Assembly (NCBI RefSeq): GCF_036321535.1
Contig: NC_087437.1
Coordinates: forward strand, 100,132,001 to 100,196,000
Length of the DNA stretch: 64,000 bases
Direction of reading: 5' to 3'
From: Camelus dromedarius
Lineage: Eukaryota
Of this stretch, positions 13,402 through 26,552 are shown one piece after another. Every line of letters begins with the position of its first letter. Position 1 is the stretch's first letter. The notes beneath the pieces were generated by a model. The model did not search any database. It was not told the DNA's origin and saw nothing but the letters and a program-made list of their open reading frames with translations. A program made the translations under genes and the position numbers.

Positions 13402-16400
13402 TTTTAAATGATCTTGGAAATGACTTCTAATCTTAAAAATGTATGAGTTAAAATGTGTGTATTTAAATCATATCAACAGTACATTATTATTCAAAGTAAT
13501 ACTGATGTGAATATTTTCATAAAGTGAAGAATCCCTTTTAGAACAAATTATCTCCAATTTATCTCAGGTATCAGTAGGGAGTTTTTGTATGTGGACTTCA
13601 GATGAGGCCAATCTAAGAATCACAGAACTAGAAGTATGAAAAAATAAAATGCTCTTAAAAGAAAACACCCAACAAAGAACACGTAAGTTGCTCTTACTTG
13701 AAAATGCACTGGCTCTACAATTCATTAGTTCAAAGCTGATTTGTATCAAATATATTTTAATTCAGTCAGAAGTTGGGTAAATAATTTTTTCACCCAACTT
13801 ATTTTGTAGGTTAATTCCAAAGGGAAAAAAAAATTCTTCCTAAAGAAAAACATTGTTTTGCAAATTTACAAGTTTCTATTTTCATGCAGGTAATTGCAAT
13901 ATAAGCAAAGGCACGTATTGTTACATGACTAATTACAAATGACTCTTAGCTAGTAATTAAAGTAACTTTAAAAAGGCAACATTTGGTTTATTTGGTTTGC
14001 CTGCCTGCGAACACAAGAATAATAAAATTGTTTTTAAAGACAGTATTCATGAATTTAGACAAGTCCAAATTAGGCTGCATTACTGAATTTTAATCAAGTA
14101 TCAGAATCTTTTTTCCCCTAAGATCCTTTGAAAGTGTTTAAGAAGAGTGTTATCACTTTTATTTTATGAATTTCTAAATATCTAAACTAAATAGATAGCG
14201 TGATACATCTATCAAAACTAATCAATCTCCTGCATGTAAATAAGACCAGTGTCTTAACCTATCAGTTCAACATTTTGCTTTGTAAAGCAAAAATCTTTAT
14301 AGGTTTAAACATGCAATTTTATTACTTTTAGGTACGTGTTGTAAGTGCTCTCCAACAGTGACCCCATTTTTAGAGCTGTTTGCTGTCTGCAATAATAGGC
14401 TTTGGTGAATATTTTGAGAACATTGCATGAAATAACGATATTGCACATAAAATAAAAACTAGTTTTAGTAGTAAGATGCAGATCTTTTTTCAGCATTATA
14501 AGAAAAGGGTTCTGTTACAAGCCTGAAACGTCCACAGCTATTTATATTCACTACATTCCTTAAAAAAGATAGTAATTTAAAAGATGCATGTATACCGTAG
14601 CAAATGTAATTTTACTTGAATTTTTAGGCTGCCTCTGAACTTTCAGGTTTTCAAACAGTATGACACACAACTTTAGTGGTGCATACTGCATGTGCTTTTA
14701 TTGCATTTAAGTCTAAACTTTTATATTTATTTCACGTATTTAAAATCTTTCACAAAATAAAGAATCCTAAGGTCATTAACAGCAAACATCTGCTGACCAT
14801 TTTCTTCTGTCTGTGACACAGTTAATGAAGAGGACACAGTGGCATTTATTTAGTGGCCTTACGTAACAGCATCTTTCTACAGTCCTAAAAGAAAGTTATG
14901 TCCAGAATTACACACTAAAATGTGTTAAAGAATATATTACTCACTTCTATAAATAGGTTGTTTATAATAATCTAAATGAAAATGAGAGCAAAATATTTTC
15001 TGACCTTCTCTGAACTGCTAAGCGGTGCTGAGGAGCGGGTTAATAAGGAAGAAAGTTGAAAGCCAACAACGCTTGTACATAGTTTAATAGTTGTCTCTTA
15101 AGACACTATTTTATGAAGATCCTACGGAAAAGAAATTTTCTTCTGACTGTGCTGTGTAAATATTACCTCAGACAAATGCCATATTTTGACTAAATAAGTC
15201 TGCATAAACATAAGACTGTTTTATGTTGGTTCCCTTAGTTTTTCTGCATTAATTCAAAATTCAAGCTATGAAGAAAACACTCTATAAAATAGTATTCATG
15301 ACTTCATACAGTGAGGATGGTATTTTCCTTCATAAATGCCACAGAAAGTCTGTGGTAAATTTTTAAACAGAAAAATTGTGAAAATCCCAACATAACCATG
15401 GAGAATGCCCTCCATCCCCTGTCCAATAAATTCTAACTTTAGGTTTTTACTATCGGACAGAAATCCTTTACAGTCCTGAGGGGAAGAAAGCAGCCTTTTG
15501 TTCTTATACATTTGTCTGTGTGACTTTCTCTTTTCCAGTTGAGAATGCATTGAGGACAAACATTATAATTCATCTCTGCACAGAGAAAGTTTGAAGAGTA
15601 TGTTTTTCTCCAGAAATAATACTAAGAAAACTTAAAAGAGAATTTTACCATTCAGGAAGAAAAGAAGTAAATGAACATAATTTTTTATGTCCATGTAGTT
15701 ATTATCAAAAATACACTGGAACCTAAAACAATTAATCTTCTACAAAAAAAAATAGTAATAATGAGCAAAAAAAAAGATATCTATTTTAAATTAACATTGG
15801 ACGTTATAGTCATAAATGAGAATTTGCTTATTAAACTTGAAGGCTAAAGGTTGACTTATATATATTTTATTTTAGAATATAAGTTTTTCAGTCAGTTGCC
15901 AAAATTAGCAGTTGCTATAAAAATGTAAGAATTCATTTAAATTAGCTACAAAAATATAGCATTTAACGTCATATTAAAGTATTAGAAACAGTAAATATTC
16001 ATGCTTGGAACTTTTTAAGAAGAGGAAAAAAACCCTGTTGTTGTCACATATTACATAAGTGACAACAAAATATCAGTGGAAAATTTTCTGCCTAAAAAAA
16101 GATAAAGGGAATAGATAGCTTAATATTATAACTGTTACCTATTCTAAGTATAAACAGGCAGTAGATCCCCTGGCTAACTGAGTAAAACACTGGAATACAT
16201 TCATTTAAGAGAGAGCAGCCCCGGTATTGCACATAACATGAAATGTTAGTTTCGTCTTTATTAGCTGAAGTGAATTAGCACATTGGCATTTCATGATATC
16301 ACTGCTCCTCACACAGCGGGCTTCTAGATCTCTCCATTCCACATACTCAGTACTCTCTCTCTCCTTTTCTTACTTTTGCAGTTATTTTGGATAAAGATTT

Positions 16401-17015
16401 TGAGAGGAAGAAATATTTCATGCACATGCAGTATTTCCTATTCATGTTTGAGAGACTGAGTCTGTGGTTTTACGGTTCCCAAGAAGATAGCTGGAAAAAT
16501 TAATACAAAGTGAGGTATCAACAAATTAATACTAAGAAACTCCTTCTTACTGCCGTGTCATAGGCAAAACATGTCAGGTCCAGACAGTAAGGACAGGAAA
16601 CACAAGAAAGCAAAATACTGTGTTCCACAGTGAAAGAGAAAAGATTTGTCACACGGCAGGTATTTCCCCATTGACCAATTAAAATAAGAAACCATCTTTC
16701 CTTCTTTAACTGGAGGATGGTCACAACAAAGGATTTTTGAGCAGGAGATAAAATAGAAGCAAACTGATGAGCATCTTCAAGGCTTCTCGGGGACATTAAA
16801 CAGCTCCCTAACAAAGACCAGACGGAAGAAACACACTGATTTGCTGCATGTTTTTTGGACTATTTGGGCATCTTAGGGAGGAAATGGCAATTTTGTCCTT
16901 TGAGATCACAGTAAAAAACCATATATTCAACTATTTCAAACCCACTTCAGAAAGGAAAAAAGTATACAAAATGTATAGCTCATTAAAACTGTCATTTATT
17001 CATATGTGTATGTAT

Positions 17016-17024
<9 letters not shown>

Positions 17025-17053
<29 letters not shown>
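17025..17053. repeat. (TA)n microsatellite preceded by a TG/TATG run
   Basis: Read directly from the sequence. Confidence 0.9.
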
Positions 17054-17056
<3 letters not shown>

Positions 17057-20000
17057 ACATGACCCTAACATTAAAAATTAATTACAAAAGTAATATTTAC
17101 AGCTAAAAATGAATATGGTTTATATTTCGACTCATGGTTTTGATGTTGTCAGAGCTCATTATCTCTCAGTCTCACCCTTTAATTTGCTATTGAGTTGTGA
17201 AGTTTATTTGACTTTTTAAATGCAATTTATTTTTTCTTTATTTGCACATCAATTATTTAGAAAACAAAAAAGAATATTAAAGAAAACTAACACACAGGGA
17301 TCTGAAATAGAATGCTTTCTCTGGCTCTAATGATTAAAATGTTAATAAAGTGGATAAGCAGCACTCTCCAGAATATGAGGCAATAAACATGAGAGAAGAA
17401 GGTTAAAAAAAAAAAAAAGAAGAATGCAAGTCAATATCACATACCAAATTCTCATTACCAATACTAAAGATTATTCACTGCAGGTGTATTATAGCCCATA
17501 TCTTAAATAAACACCAATTACCGCTGAGTCAGCCGAAGGACAAACTGGAAGCAAATCTCTGGATACCTCTTCTCTTAAAAAATGGTTTCCCAGAATCAGC
17601 TAACAGCAAACCCCGTCTAGTTAGAAAGCGTGTTCTCAAAATTTATCCACAGTCTTTGCTTGTTAAAAAGTGAGGGTCTATTGGCAACATGGATGATATA
17701 GATTAAGCCAGCAACCACGAAAATGTTCCTGTGTGCCTAGTGTCTAAACTGTAATTTAGTTATCATTTAGTATCTTCATTAAATAATTTTCTTTATAGAT
17801 AATCACGTGTTTTATTTCTTTTCCAATATAGTAACCTTGAACTCACAGAACTGGAGCTAATAAAAATCTGGGGAAGGGAAATCTAAATTATAAACCATTG
17901 TTTTACTGATTCCACCACTCACCCTTGGCAAAATTAAGCCCATCCTCCCACCATAGGCCACAAGAAAATTATTTATAATTTGCAGGTATTAGTGACTCAG
18001 TATAGCACGTATTTTCCTTGGGTGTTTGCATTTTCAAAGAAAAGTTAAAGACTAAAAGCTTAATGCAAAGTAATAAACTGTTAGTAAAATTCTTTCAGAA
18101 CGCAGTGAAAGGAAATTGTTTCTCCTGAGAAACTGGCATAATTTCTCTCTAAGGATGATAAAAAAAAATAATAATTTCCTTTGAGTATCAAGAAATAACA
18201 ACTAAATTTGCAGACCACCTTTATCAATTATTTCAGATCCTATCCTATATTTTTCTCATTTTTGACCTACTATTTTATTTTATATTTTCTCTGGTCCTGG
18301 ATCTTTATAAATTGCCTCGCTCTCTGGGGATTAAAGCTCCACGCATAATACCCGCATTACTTGTGTCCTCCAAGATATGGTCCCTGCCAACACCACCACC
18401 CAATCTCACTGGCCCCCAATCTGGGATTTTGCTCTTTTCAGCTTTTCTCCTTCCATATTTAATATTCCATAAGTGTAACACAGTTCTCCTACTTGAAAAC
18501 TTAACTCAGATAGATCCTTATAAACTTGTGAAATATGATCAATCTGTGGTCTCTTCCTCTGTCCTTAGATTCTTGGCTTCTTGGACCCCACACCTCAAGC
18601 CTCTACTCAGCCCCAGCTTCCCCTTAGCTCCAATGCCTCTGTCCACCAATTTTCTCCATTCCTGCTCCAAAATCTGTTCAGAATTGCTCGTTTCAATAAT
18701 AAAACAGCTTTGTAGCAAAGCTTGAAGTGACTTTACATAGTGAGCATTGTTTAATGTGACCAAGACATTAAACCCAGACAAACTTCTCTTCAAATGCAGA
18801 TGGGTAGTGTTTTATAATTTACAAAGGGCTTGCACTTTATCTCATTTACTCAAGCAAACAACAATAATAATAACTAAATTTACTGTAATATATGCACATG
18901 TTTCTCAAAAAAATATTTTGTATAGAATTCATATTAGTTACTTGTATTTATTTTAAATATTTCTGGGAAAGCATTCCAAGGGAGCACTCTAGTCTTATTT
19001 CTTATCAAATAGGAATGAGGTGGTTTTTCTTTAATTATTTTTTCATATTAAGTAACAGCATTAATTGGTCTAAATATCCCTGATGGAGTTTCCACATTTC
19101 TAATTAAATTTCAAACAGGCCCAACTTCCTAGAAAACACATGAATATCCTAAATCTAAACTAAAAAAGATGAAATGCTGAATCTCAATGAAAGTCAAGCA
19201 CCATTGACGAGCCTTCCCAAATTCTGAGTCAGTCCACCCTCAGATAACACCGTGGTTTCCATTTAGCAGGAGTTTCTGGTGTTCTAAATGCTCAAGATTT
19301 TCATTTGCCTTTTGTATCACTTTAACAAGTAAGTAGTATGCTTAGACACTTTTGGCACGATCCTAATTTTCTCTCATTAGCTTTTAGCTCTGTGGTATTC
19401 AAAATTCATCCCTCTTTGTTTTTAGAAAGTATTTTAAACAACTTGCAGTTAACACCAGGCATAAAGGGTTCAATCTGGTTTATATTTGTGTTCTGTAGAA
19501 GAATAATTTCTCCTTAGATATACTCAAAGTGGGTTCAATGACTCTTCCTCCCTTATCTAAAGATTTAGGAAATAGCAATTAATCACCATTATTTAGCAGG
19601 CAATAATTATGGAGACAATTGTTTCAATAAATCAACTCAGAGGATCTCACAAATGAAAGGGTTTTGTGGGTTAACATCATAAAAACTTTACAATCCTGAA
19701 TTGCTTCCTGATTATTCTACTATTAATTATTTAAACAACAAATCTCAGCAAAAGTACAGATGACGTTTTACATTTGTCCAACTCATTAACTTAATAACCA
19801 GATAAGAAGGCAGAAGAATGACAAAACATGTCATTTTCCTGAACAGGCAAATGAAATCTTTCAGGAACTCATTTATATACATGAAAATTCACTCACTTGA
19901 TTACTTGCACACTATCATTATTTTGAAAATTCATCAAAACAATAGGAGTCTTATCACAGACAAAGATTTTTTAAAGATTGTGAAATTTGGTCTGGGTATA

Positions 20001-21049
20001 GAAGACAGTATTATTTGATGATGTAACTATGGAACTATAACCATAGCGTTTATCTATAAAGAAATCTTATTTTGGTGGAAAGCTTGCAGTGCAGTCCCCT
20101 CAAAAAATGTTATTTTTTAGAACAACCTATAACTAAGCAGTTACTTATCAATTGATTCCCAGGTGTTTAACTGAATATAAAGTAATTCTTGCCCACATAA
20201 ACCATGCCAACAATTTAAGATTAACTGCTATAGTATTTGAGATTTTCTTTAAGACTAATTTATGTTTAGAGCTGACATTTTAAATTATTATTAAAATGGT
20301 CGTTGATCACAATGGTCAGTCAATATAATCAAAGTTATGAAACCAAATCACATAAGCAGCCAAGCTGCAGAAGTTGACGATAACATTGATTTGGAGGCAG
20401 GGAGGTGTAAATTATCTTTTTAACTGAAAGCACTGTAACATAAAGAAAAGAAAAAAGCTCCAGAGCATATTCCAAATATATAGCCCAAAGAAGTTCTTTG
20501 CATATGTACTAGTGCTTCCAAACCAAGGTGTACATGTAAAATGGTATCTGCAGAATCTGTATTTGGTCTATGGGAGAATTTGGCATATTCTCCTGGCAAA
20601 CATTTCAGAGTCTACCATTAGATTACCAACTATGTAGAAACCTTTTCACAAAATAGCTAAATTTTTGGTTGGTAACTTTAAGACCTGGAAAAAGTTAAAT
20701 TCAGTTCTGCAAATAAAAAGAATTAATTTTTCTTTCTATCCACAAAAAAAAATTTTTCATTATGCTTCCAAATCTGTCTCACTTCCTGCTTGAAATAGTT
20801 ACTTAGAACTGCTCTTTTGTGTTCATTGTTTTTTCAAATTTCACTAGATGATCTCAGAAACCAATAGGGATTTAAATCATATGAATAATGATAGAGTCAG
20901 ATTGGTGTGCAATTAAAACAAAGATAACTTACATTCGTAGCACCAGTTATAAATAATAGTACACTAAAGAGTTTTATGAGAAGAAAAATTGCCCGAAAAC
21001 TGAAATTAACCTTCTAGAACTTCTCAAACCAAATTATTCTACAAAAATC

Positions 21050-21380
21050 AAAGCCAATATCGAAATCTGTTTGTAAAAATCACCCGTTCAGAATGCTGTT
21101 TGTCCTTCTCATTTAAAAATTTTTCCATGGTCTCTTGTCTTCTTTTGTATTTTAGCTGAATTTGTGTGCAATACATTGTTGTTCAGCTCAAAACCCTCCT
21201 GTGTGGCAGAGGGCTTGGCAGCCCCGGGAAAGGCGGCGAGCACTGCTGAATTCAGTGCAGTACGTTTGGCAGCACAAGGAGAGCAGGAGTAATGTCCGGG
21301 GATCTAGCACACCTTAGTGGAAACAATGATAACTGCAACTGCTCTGCGGACATTTGAATTTTAAATTCCATTGTTTCAGT
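21050..21380. promoter_or_regulatory. Candidate enhancer, promoter or first exon (CpG-retaining unique element)
   Basis: 8 CpGs in 21061-21350 against a CpG-poor background, three SOX-type AACAATG motifs (21174, 21322, 21369), two TTGGCA NFI half-sites, and no repeat similarity that I recognise. Confidence 0.35.
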
Positions 21381-22049
21381 GAAATTCCATTTTACCTAAA
21401 TAGACAAACTTTGTTCAAGTTTTTGGCTTTTTTTTCTTTAACTTGATGCGTTTCTTCTCCAAGCTCTCCACAGATAAGAAGATAAACTTGATCATGAATT
21501 TCTAAAAGTAGAAATCATGATTTCTTTACAGAATACCCATAAACATCTGTATAACCCCCATGGAACAATCAAATGAGGGGCAATTCCATTTTCTTTGTCA
21601 CCGTAGGCAAGTGCAAAGTGTCAGATTTTTCTTGTTAAATGATTGCTGTGCATTGGCTCTGCAAAAGCTTGTCAGGTCAGCTCTTGGGGCACTTCAGAGA
21701 CTTGGTTTCAAGTAAGCTGTACATGTTCTACCATTAATGTCTGACCCCCTTTACTTCACAGCACTAAAATGTCATCAAGAAAAAAAAAGACAAGACATCA
21801 CAAATATCCATTCTACTATCTAGACAACTTCAAGAGCTTTAGAGTTGAGATAAGTAAAACATTCAAAGGTAAGTACAAAACATTCATTTCAAAACATGAA
21901 GAAAATTAGCCCCCTATAAATTAGAATATAGTATTTATGGAGCCCTAGGTAAAATACACTTGTGTGTTATCTAAGCATCTCCACTATCTGCCACATGACT
22001 GAAAACTAGGGAGGAAGTAAATAATGCTTATCAATAATTAAATGTTTCA

Positions 22050-23320
22050 GAGCAGGGGACTTCCAAAACGGCAGAAACTGAGCAAATGCTTTCCCCAAAA
22101 AGCAATGATAAAGCTAAAACATTGTCCAAAAACACAGCTATTTCAAGACACTAGAGATTACCAAAGGCATACAACAAAGTGAGATGCATTTATTCAAAAA
22201 CAAGCCTCCAGGAAGAACAGCAGGTGTCACTGTCACTTTTGTCTGGGGCTACGCCCTTTCCCGTTGTCCTCCAGCTTTGTTGGTATGGTAGGTACACGAG
22301 GGCCCGCAAACAGAAAAACAGCAGCTTTGCATAAATACAAAACAAAAATAGACCTATAGACTTAGAATACAAACTTGTGGTTGCCAAGGGGGAGGGGGGC
22401 GGGAAGGGATTGACTGGGATTTCAAAATTGTAGAATAGATAAACAAGATTATACTGTATAGCACAGGGAAATATATACAAGATCTTATGGTAGCTCACAG
22501 AAAAAAATATGACAATGAATACATGTATGTTCATGTATAACTGAAAAATTGTGCTCTACACTGGAATTTGACACAACATTGTAAAATGATTATAAATCAA
22601 TAAAAAATGTTAAAAAAAAAAAAAAAACAGCAGCTTTGCTGTTGGGGGGGGCGGGGTCTCCCTTGGTTCAGAGTAGAGCACTGAATAACACCATGCTGGG
22701 GGCCTTGTCCAAAACAGGAGCAACCTATGTGGCCAACAAACAGGGAAGGTCCATGACAACCACGGTCTTATGGTCTCATTCCAGTGGGACCTGCTAAGTC
22801 CCTACAAGTCTCTGCAAGTCTGGAAGAGGTACAGGCTGCATGTGGCAGGAGAGACCAGAAAGGTCCCCAGCTGTCCCCTCATCCCTGCTGGAACCTGAGG
22901 CCTGTGGATGCCCAGGAGAGATGTGAGAGGACCTGGAGAAGACAAAAGCTGGGACAGATGTAAAGTGTCTGACTTCTGCATAGTTCCCAAACACATGGCC
23001 AGATCAGTGGGAAGAGAGGAAGGGTCTTACTGGGCCGAGGTGTTTGAGTGCAGTTTCTGAGCAATCACTGGCTGACCACTGAGCTATGTTGTCACAGGAG
23101 TGACCCCTAGGAGGCCATGCTTATATATATAAACAAGAATGCTTTAAAAAACTGAGTAGACATACCAAAGGACACATAATGTGAAGGAAAACAGACTCTG
23201 TATTTTGCCCGGGCGAGTTACTAAACACCACACCCACGTGCACACGTGCACACAGCAGCAGCAACAACAATCCCCTGAGAAGGGTGGTTAGGAATCCAGA
23301 GCTGCTCCCATATATTGTAA
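22050..23320 (+). mobile_element. Old L1M 5' UTR-region remnant, interrupted by a young L1
   Basis: GGGGACTTCCAAAACGGCAGA start, GCATTTATTCAAAAA, CACTGGCTGACCACTGAGCTATG and GAATCCAGAGCTGCT motifs typical of L1MC/MD 5' ends. Confidence 0.55.
22331..22622 (+). mobile_element. Young camelid-type L1 3' UTR insertion
   Basis: Perfect 17-bp TSD AAAAACAGCAGCTTTGC (22314-22330 and 22623-22639), intact poly(A), G-rich tract at 22388-22408. Same 3' UTR type as 61190-61480. Confidence 0.95.
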
Positions 23321-23824
23321 ACCTGGACTGTAAAGACTGTGAGGAAATGCTATAAGTTCACTTAAAATTATTAAAGTCTACACTTAGGATGAGTGAGTTT
23401 TACTTCAAATTAAACTTCAATAAAGTCAACAAAAATTAAACGTTGAAAATCCATATGCTAAATATCATAAATTTTACTCAGAGTGTCCTTACATAAAAAT
23501 TGGCTTTGACCTTTAATCCCAGAGTTCTAAGACGTCTTCAATCCCAGACAGTTCTTGATTAAGAAAAAGAAACAGAATGATGATTGCTACTGTATTTGGG
23601 AACCCAGAGAAAAAGAATGGCAACTGATAGACAGAAGAGAGAGTGCGAAAGCCTGCACATGATCTTCAAAAGGGCAACAGTCTCTGGCTATTTTGTTTAG
23701 GCATAAACAACACTACCTTCTTTGGTTTGTCCTTGGTGGCATCCCTGCATTTACAAACAGTACAATCATTGGATTTCAAAGCAAATAAACCTAAACTCCC
23801 AAAATCTAACTTAATATTTTAATT

Positions 23825-24420
23825 TTTTCTTCCAATTTTATTGACATATAACTGACATACTGCACTGTGTAAGGCATACAGCACAATTTAACTTGCATCA
23901 TGAAACACTTGTAAGTTTAGTGAACATCCATCATCTCATATAGATCAAAATAAAAGAAAAAGAAAGAAATACGTTTTCCTTGTGATGAGCACTCTTAGGA
24001 TTTACTCTCTCAATAACTTTCATATATAAAACTCAGCAGTGTTAATTATATTGATCATGTTGTACGTGACATCCCTAGCACTAATCTATCTTATAACTGG
24101 AAGTTTGTACCTTGTGATCACCTTCATCCAATTCCCCCTCCTCCTGTTCCCCACTTTTGGTAACCACAGATCTGATCTCTTTTTCTACGAGTTTGGTTGG
24201 TTGGTTTTGAAGGATAAGTGGCCTACAACACTATGTTAGTTCCTGGTGCACAACATAGTGATTTGATATTTCTGTACATTACAAAACGATCACAGGCATG
24301 AAACATACAGTGTGGGAAATGTAATTAATAATGTAATCTCTTTGTGTGGTGACAGATGGTAACTAGACTTAGCATGATGATCACTTATCATGGTGATCAT
24401 TTTGTAATGTATAAAAATAC
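23825..24420 (-). mobile_element. L1 3' end with inverted 5' segment
   Basis: TSD CTAACTTAATATTTTAATT (23806-23824 and 24421-24439). Minus-strand L1 3' UTR at about 23825-24293; plus-strand L1 segment at about 24296-24420. Confidence 0.85.
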
Positions 24421-24987
24421 CTAACTTAATATTTTAATTAAATAATTAATATGCATTATGTGACAACCTTCTCACTTTTAAATTATTTTTTAAAGTGGAC
24501 AGACAGGAAGATAGATGGGCAGACGCAAGGAGCCTTGTCTTGGCTTTGGATCCAAAATTCAATATGTCACCACCATGGCTTCAACATTTCACACTGGAAC
24601 TTTCTTATTTACGCTCCCTCAAACAATTCTCAAACAATCCCATTAATGGTATCCAGAGGCTTTTATAAGTATAATGCTGCAATTTTAAAAGGGTCAGAGG
24701 TGTGTCATTCTTTTATAAGATGAAAGAAAGAAGACTGTGAAAGGAAAGTTAGGAAAGAGACCTGGTAAATCACAGAAAAATTCTCAGACAGATTAGTTTT
24801 AGAAGAGTGCTTAAGGAAGTTTTGGACACAATAATTAATTTCCTTATAATGATCCGTGATGACATATCCTCTAAGAAACCTTCTTGGACTCTAGGAATAC
24901 GCACACTCAGTTTAAAGATTACTCTATTTGAAGACTCCAGATATGAAGACTGGTGGCATTATACCTGTTCAGCCTGGATACTACTAT

Positions 24988-24990
<3 letters not shown>

Positions 24991-25021
<31 letters not shown>
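24991..25021. repeat. (AC)15 microsatellite
   Basis: Read directly from the sequence. Confidence 0.95.
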
Positions 25022-25022
<1 letters not shown>

Positions 25023-25310
25023 CTCAGCTCCAGGCATGCCAAAGTTCTTTCAGTTCCCTAATCATATCAGGATCGTTCTCATCTCTAGACTGTTACATGC
25101 AGTGTTCCTCTCACTTGAGCACTACTTCCTCCCTCTTCACCACTGAGCCATTTCTATTTATCCTTTGAACTCACTCTCCTAATTCCCCTCAACATTCCCC
25201 CATCCCAAATCATATGTCCCTCATAAGCACTTCCATGTCCTCTAATACTTCCTCACAGACAAGTAAAGGCTTACTTACTTCTCTTTACCTCCATTAAAAT
25301 GAAAACTCCA

Positions 25311-25461
25311 GGTGGGGAGGTCTAGCTCAGGGGTAGAGTGCATACTTAGCATGCACAAGGTCCTAGGTTCAATCCTCAGTATCTTCATTTAAAATGAAAT
25401 AAAATTAAAATAAATAAACCTAATTACCTCCTCCCACAAAAAAATAAAAATAATAATAAAA
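25311..25461 (+). mobile_element. tRNA-Ala-derived SINE (vic-1-like) inserted in an L2 3' end (about 25030-25580)
   Basis: GGGGAGGTCTAGCTCAGGGGTAGAGTGCATACTTAGCATGCACAAGGTCCTAGGTTCAATCCTCAGTA..AAATAAACCTAATTACCTCC. TSD TAAAATG(A/T)AAACTC(C/T)A at 25295-25310 and 25462-25477. Confidence 0.85.
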
Positions 25462-26435
25462 TAAAATGTAAACTCTAAGAGAACTGGGACTCTGTTCACC
25501 ACTGAATTCCCAAGGGGTTACAGAGAATCTATCACATGATTGCTACTTGATATATATATTTGTTGAAAGAATGAAAGGATGTTATGGCACTACTTAATCA
25601 TCTGAATAATGTACGGCAAGTTCGTTCTTCATTTAGATCAATTTGGAAGCCAACTGGTTAAATAAATTTCTTTCCCTATCTATTCTTTCATTCCTTTCAT
25701 TGTATGGAAATGTCTGAGAGCACTTTTATTTGTGACAACTCTCTGGGTCATTTCTATCCTTTTCATTTTGGAGCTTTTGATTTTGACAGCATGGTAGACA
25801 TACAAAAATACAATCTTACATTTGCTTAGCTACCCACACATTGTAGCACAGAGTCAAAGCCAACTTGAGGAAAATGTTTAGTCTAACCAAAACTTCAAAA
25901 CCTGCCATGGGGAAGAAAAGGACAGAATCTGGTAACTTTGGACTTGATTTTTTGATATATGAGTACCAGATCTATACCCCAGGCTGAAATATTTTTAGGT
26001 ATGTTCTTGTGCAACCTAAAACCTGGTTGAGTTCTTCCCTTGTTAGTCCTCAGTTCTTGAAATGGAACTAGATGGATCACTGTCTGTAACCCACTGCAGC
26101 CTGCTTGTATAACAACTACTTGATATTTGGGGTTAACTACTAAAAAGGGGTTAAAAGGGAGCATCTGTACCAACCTCTTGAAGTCTTTAAAATAAAAGAT
26201 ATGCATGATCAATATAATTTCTAAGATTGTTTATACAGTTTTTTTTTAATTATATTGTTTACTGTGGATGCCACTGGATACTCTATTCCTGATGTAGAAT
26301 AAGCTTCTTCAAATTAAAAGAAAACTGCAAGTAGATTATTTGATCCAAATTGTCTTGTTTGTTTGTTTGGAACAATGTTTCACAGGGAAGTGCTAACTGG
26401 AAAGAGAAAGAACATTCTTCTGAGTTCATAACTTT

Positions 26436-26502
26436 TTTATTGAAGTTAGTTGATTTACAATGTTGTGTTAGTTTTAGATGTACAGCAAAGTGATTCAGTT
26501 CT

Positions 26503-26552
<50 letters not shown>

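Noticed and set aside
16038..16068. Perfect 10-bp hairpin TTGTTGTCAC / GTGACAACAA
   Set aside because: About one such stem is expected by chance in 64 kb, and it is too short for a pre-miRNA.
16518..16814. 98-aa ORF with a good acceptor and a GTAAGA donor on the minus strand
   Set aside because: The peptide looks random and unrecognised, so there is not enough to call an exon.
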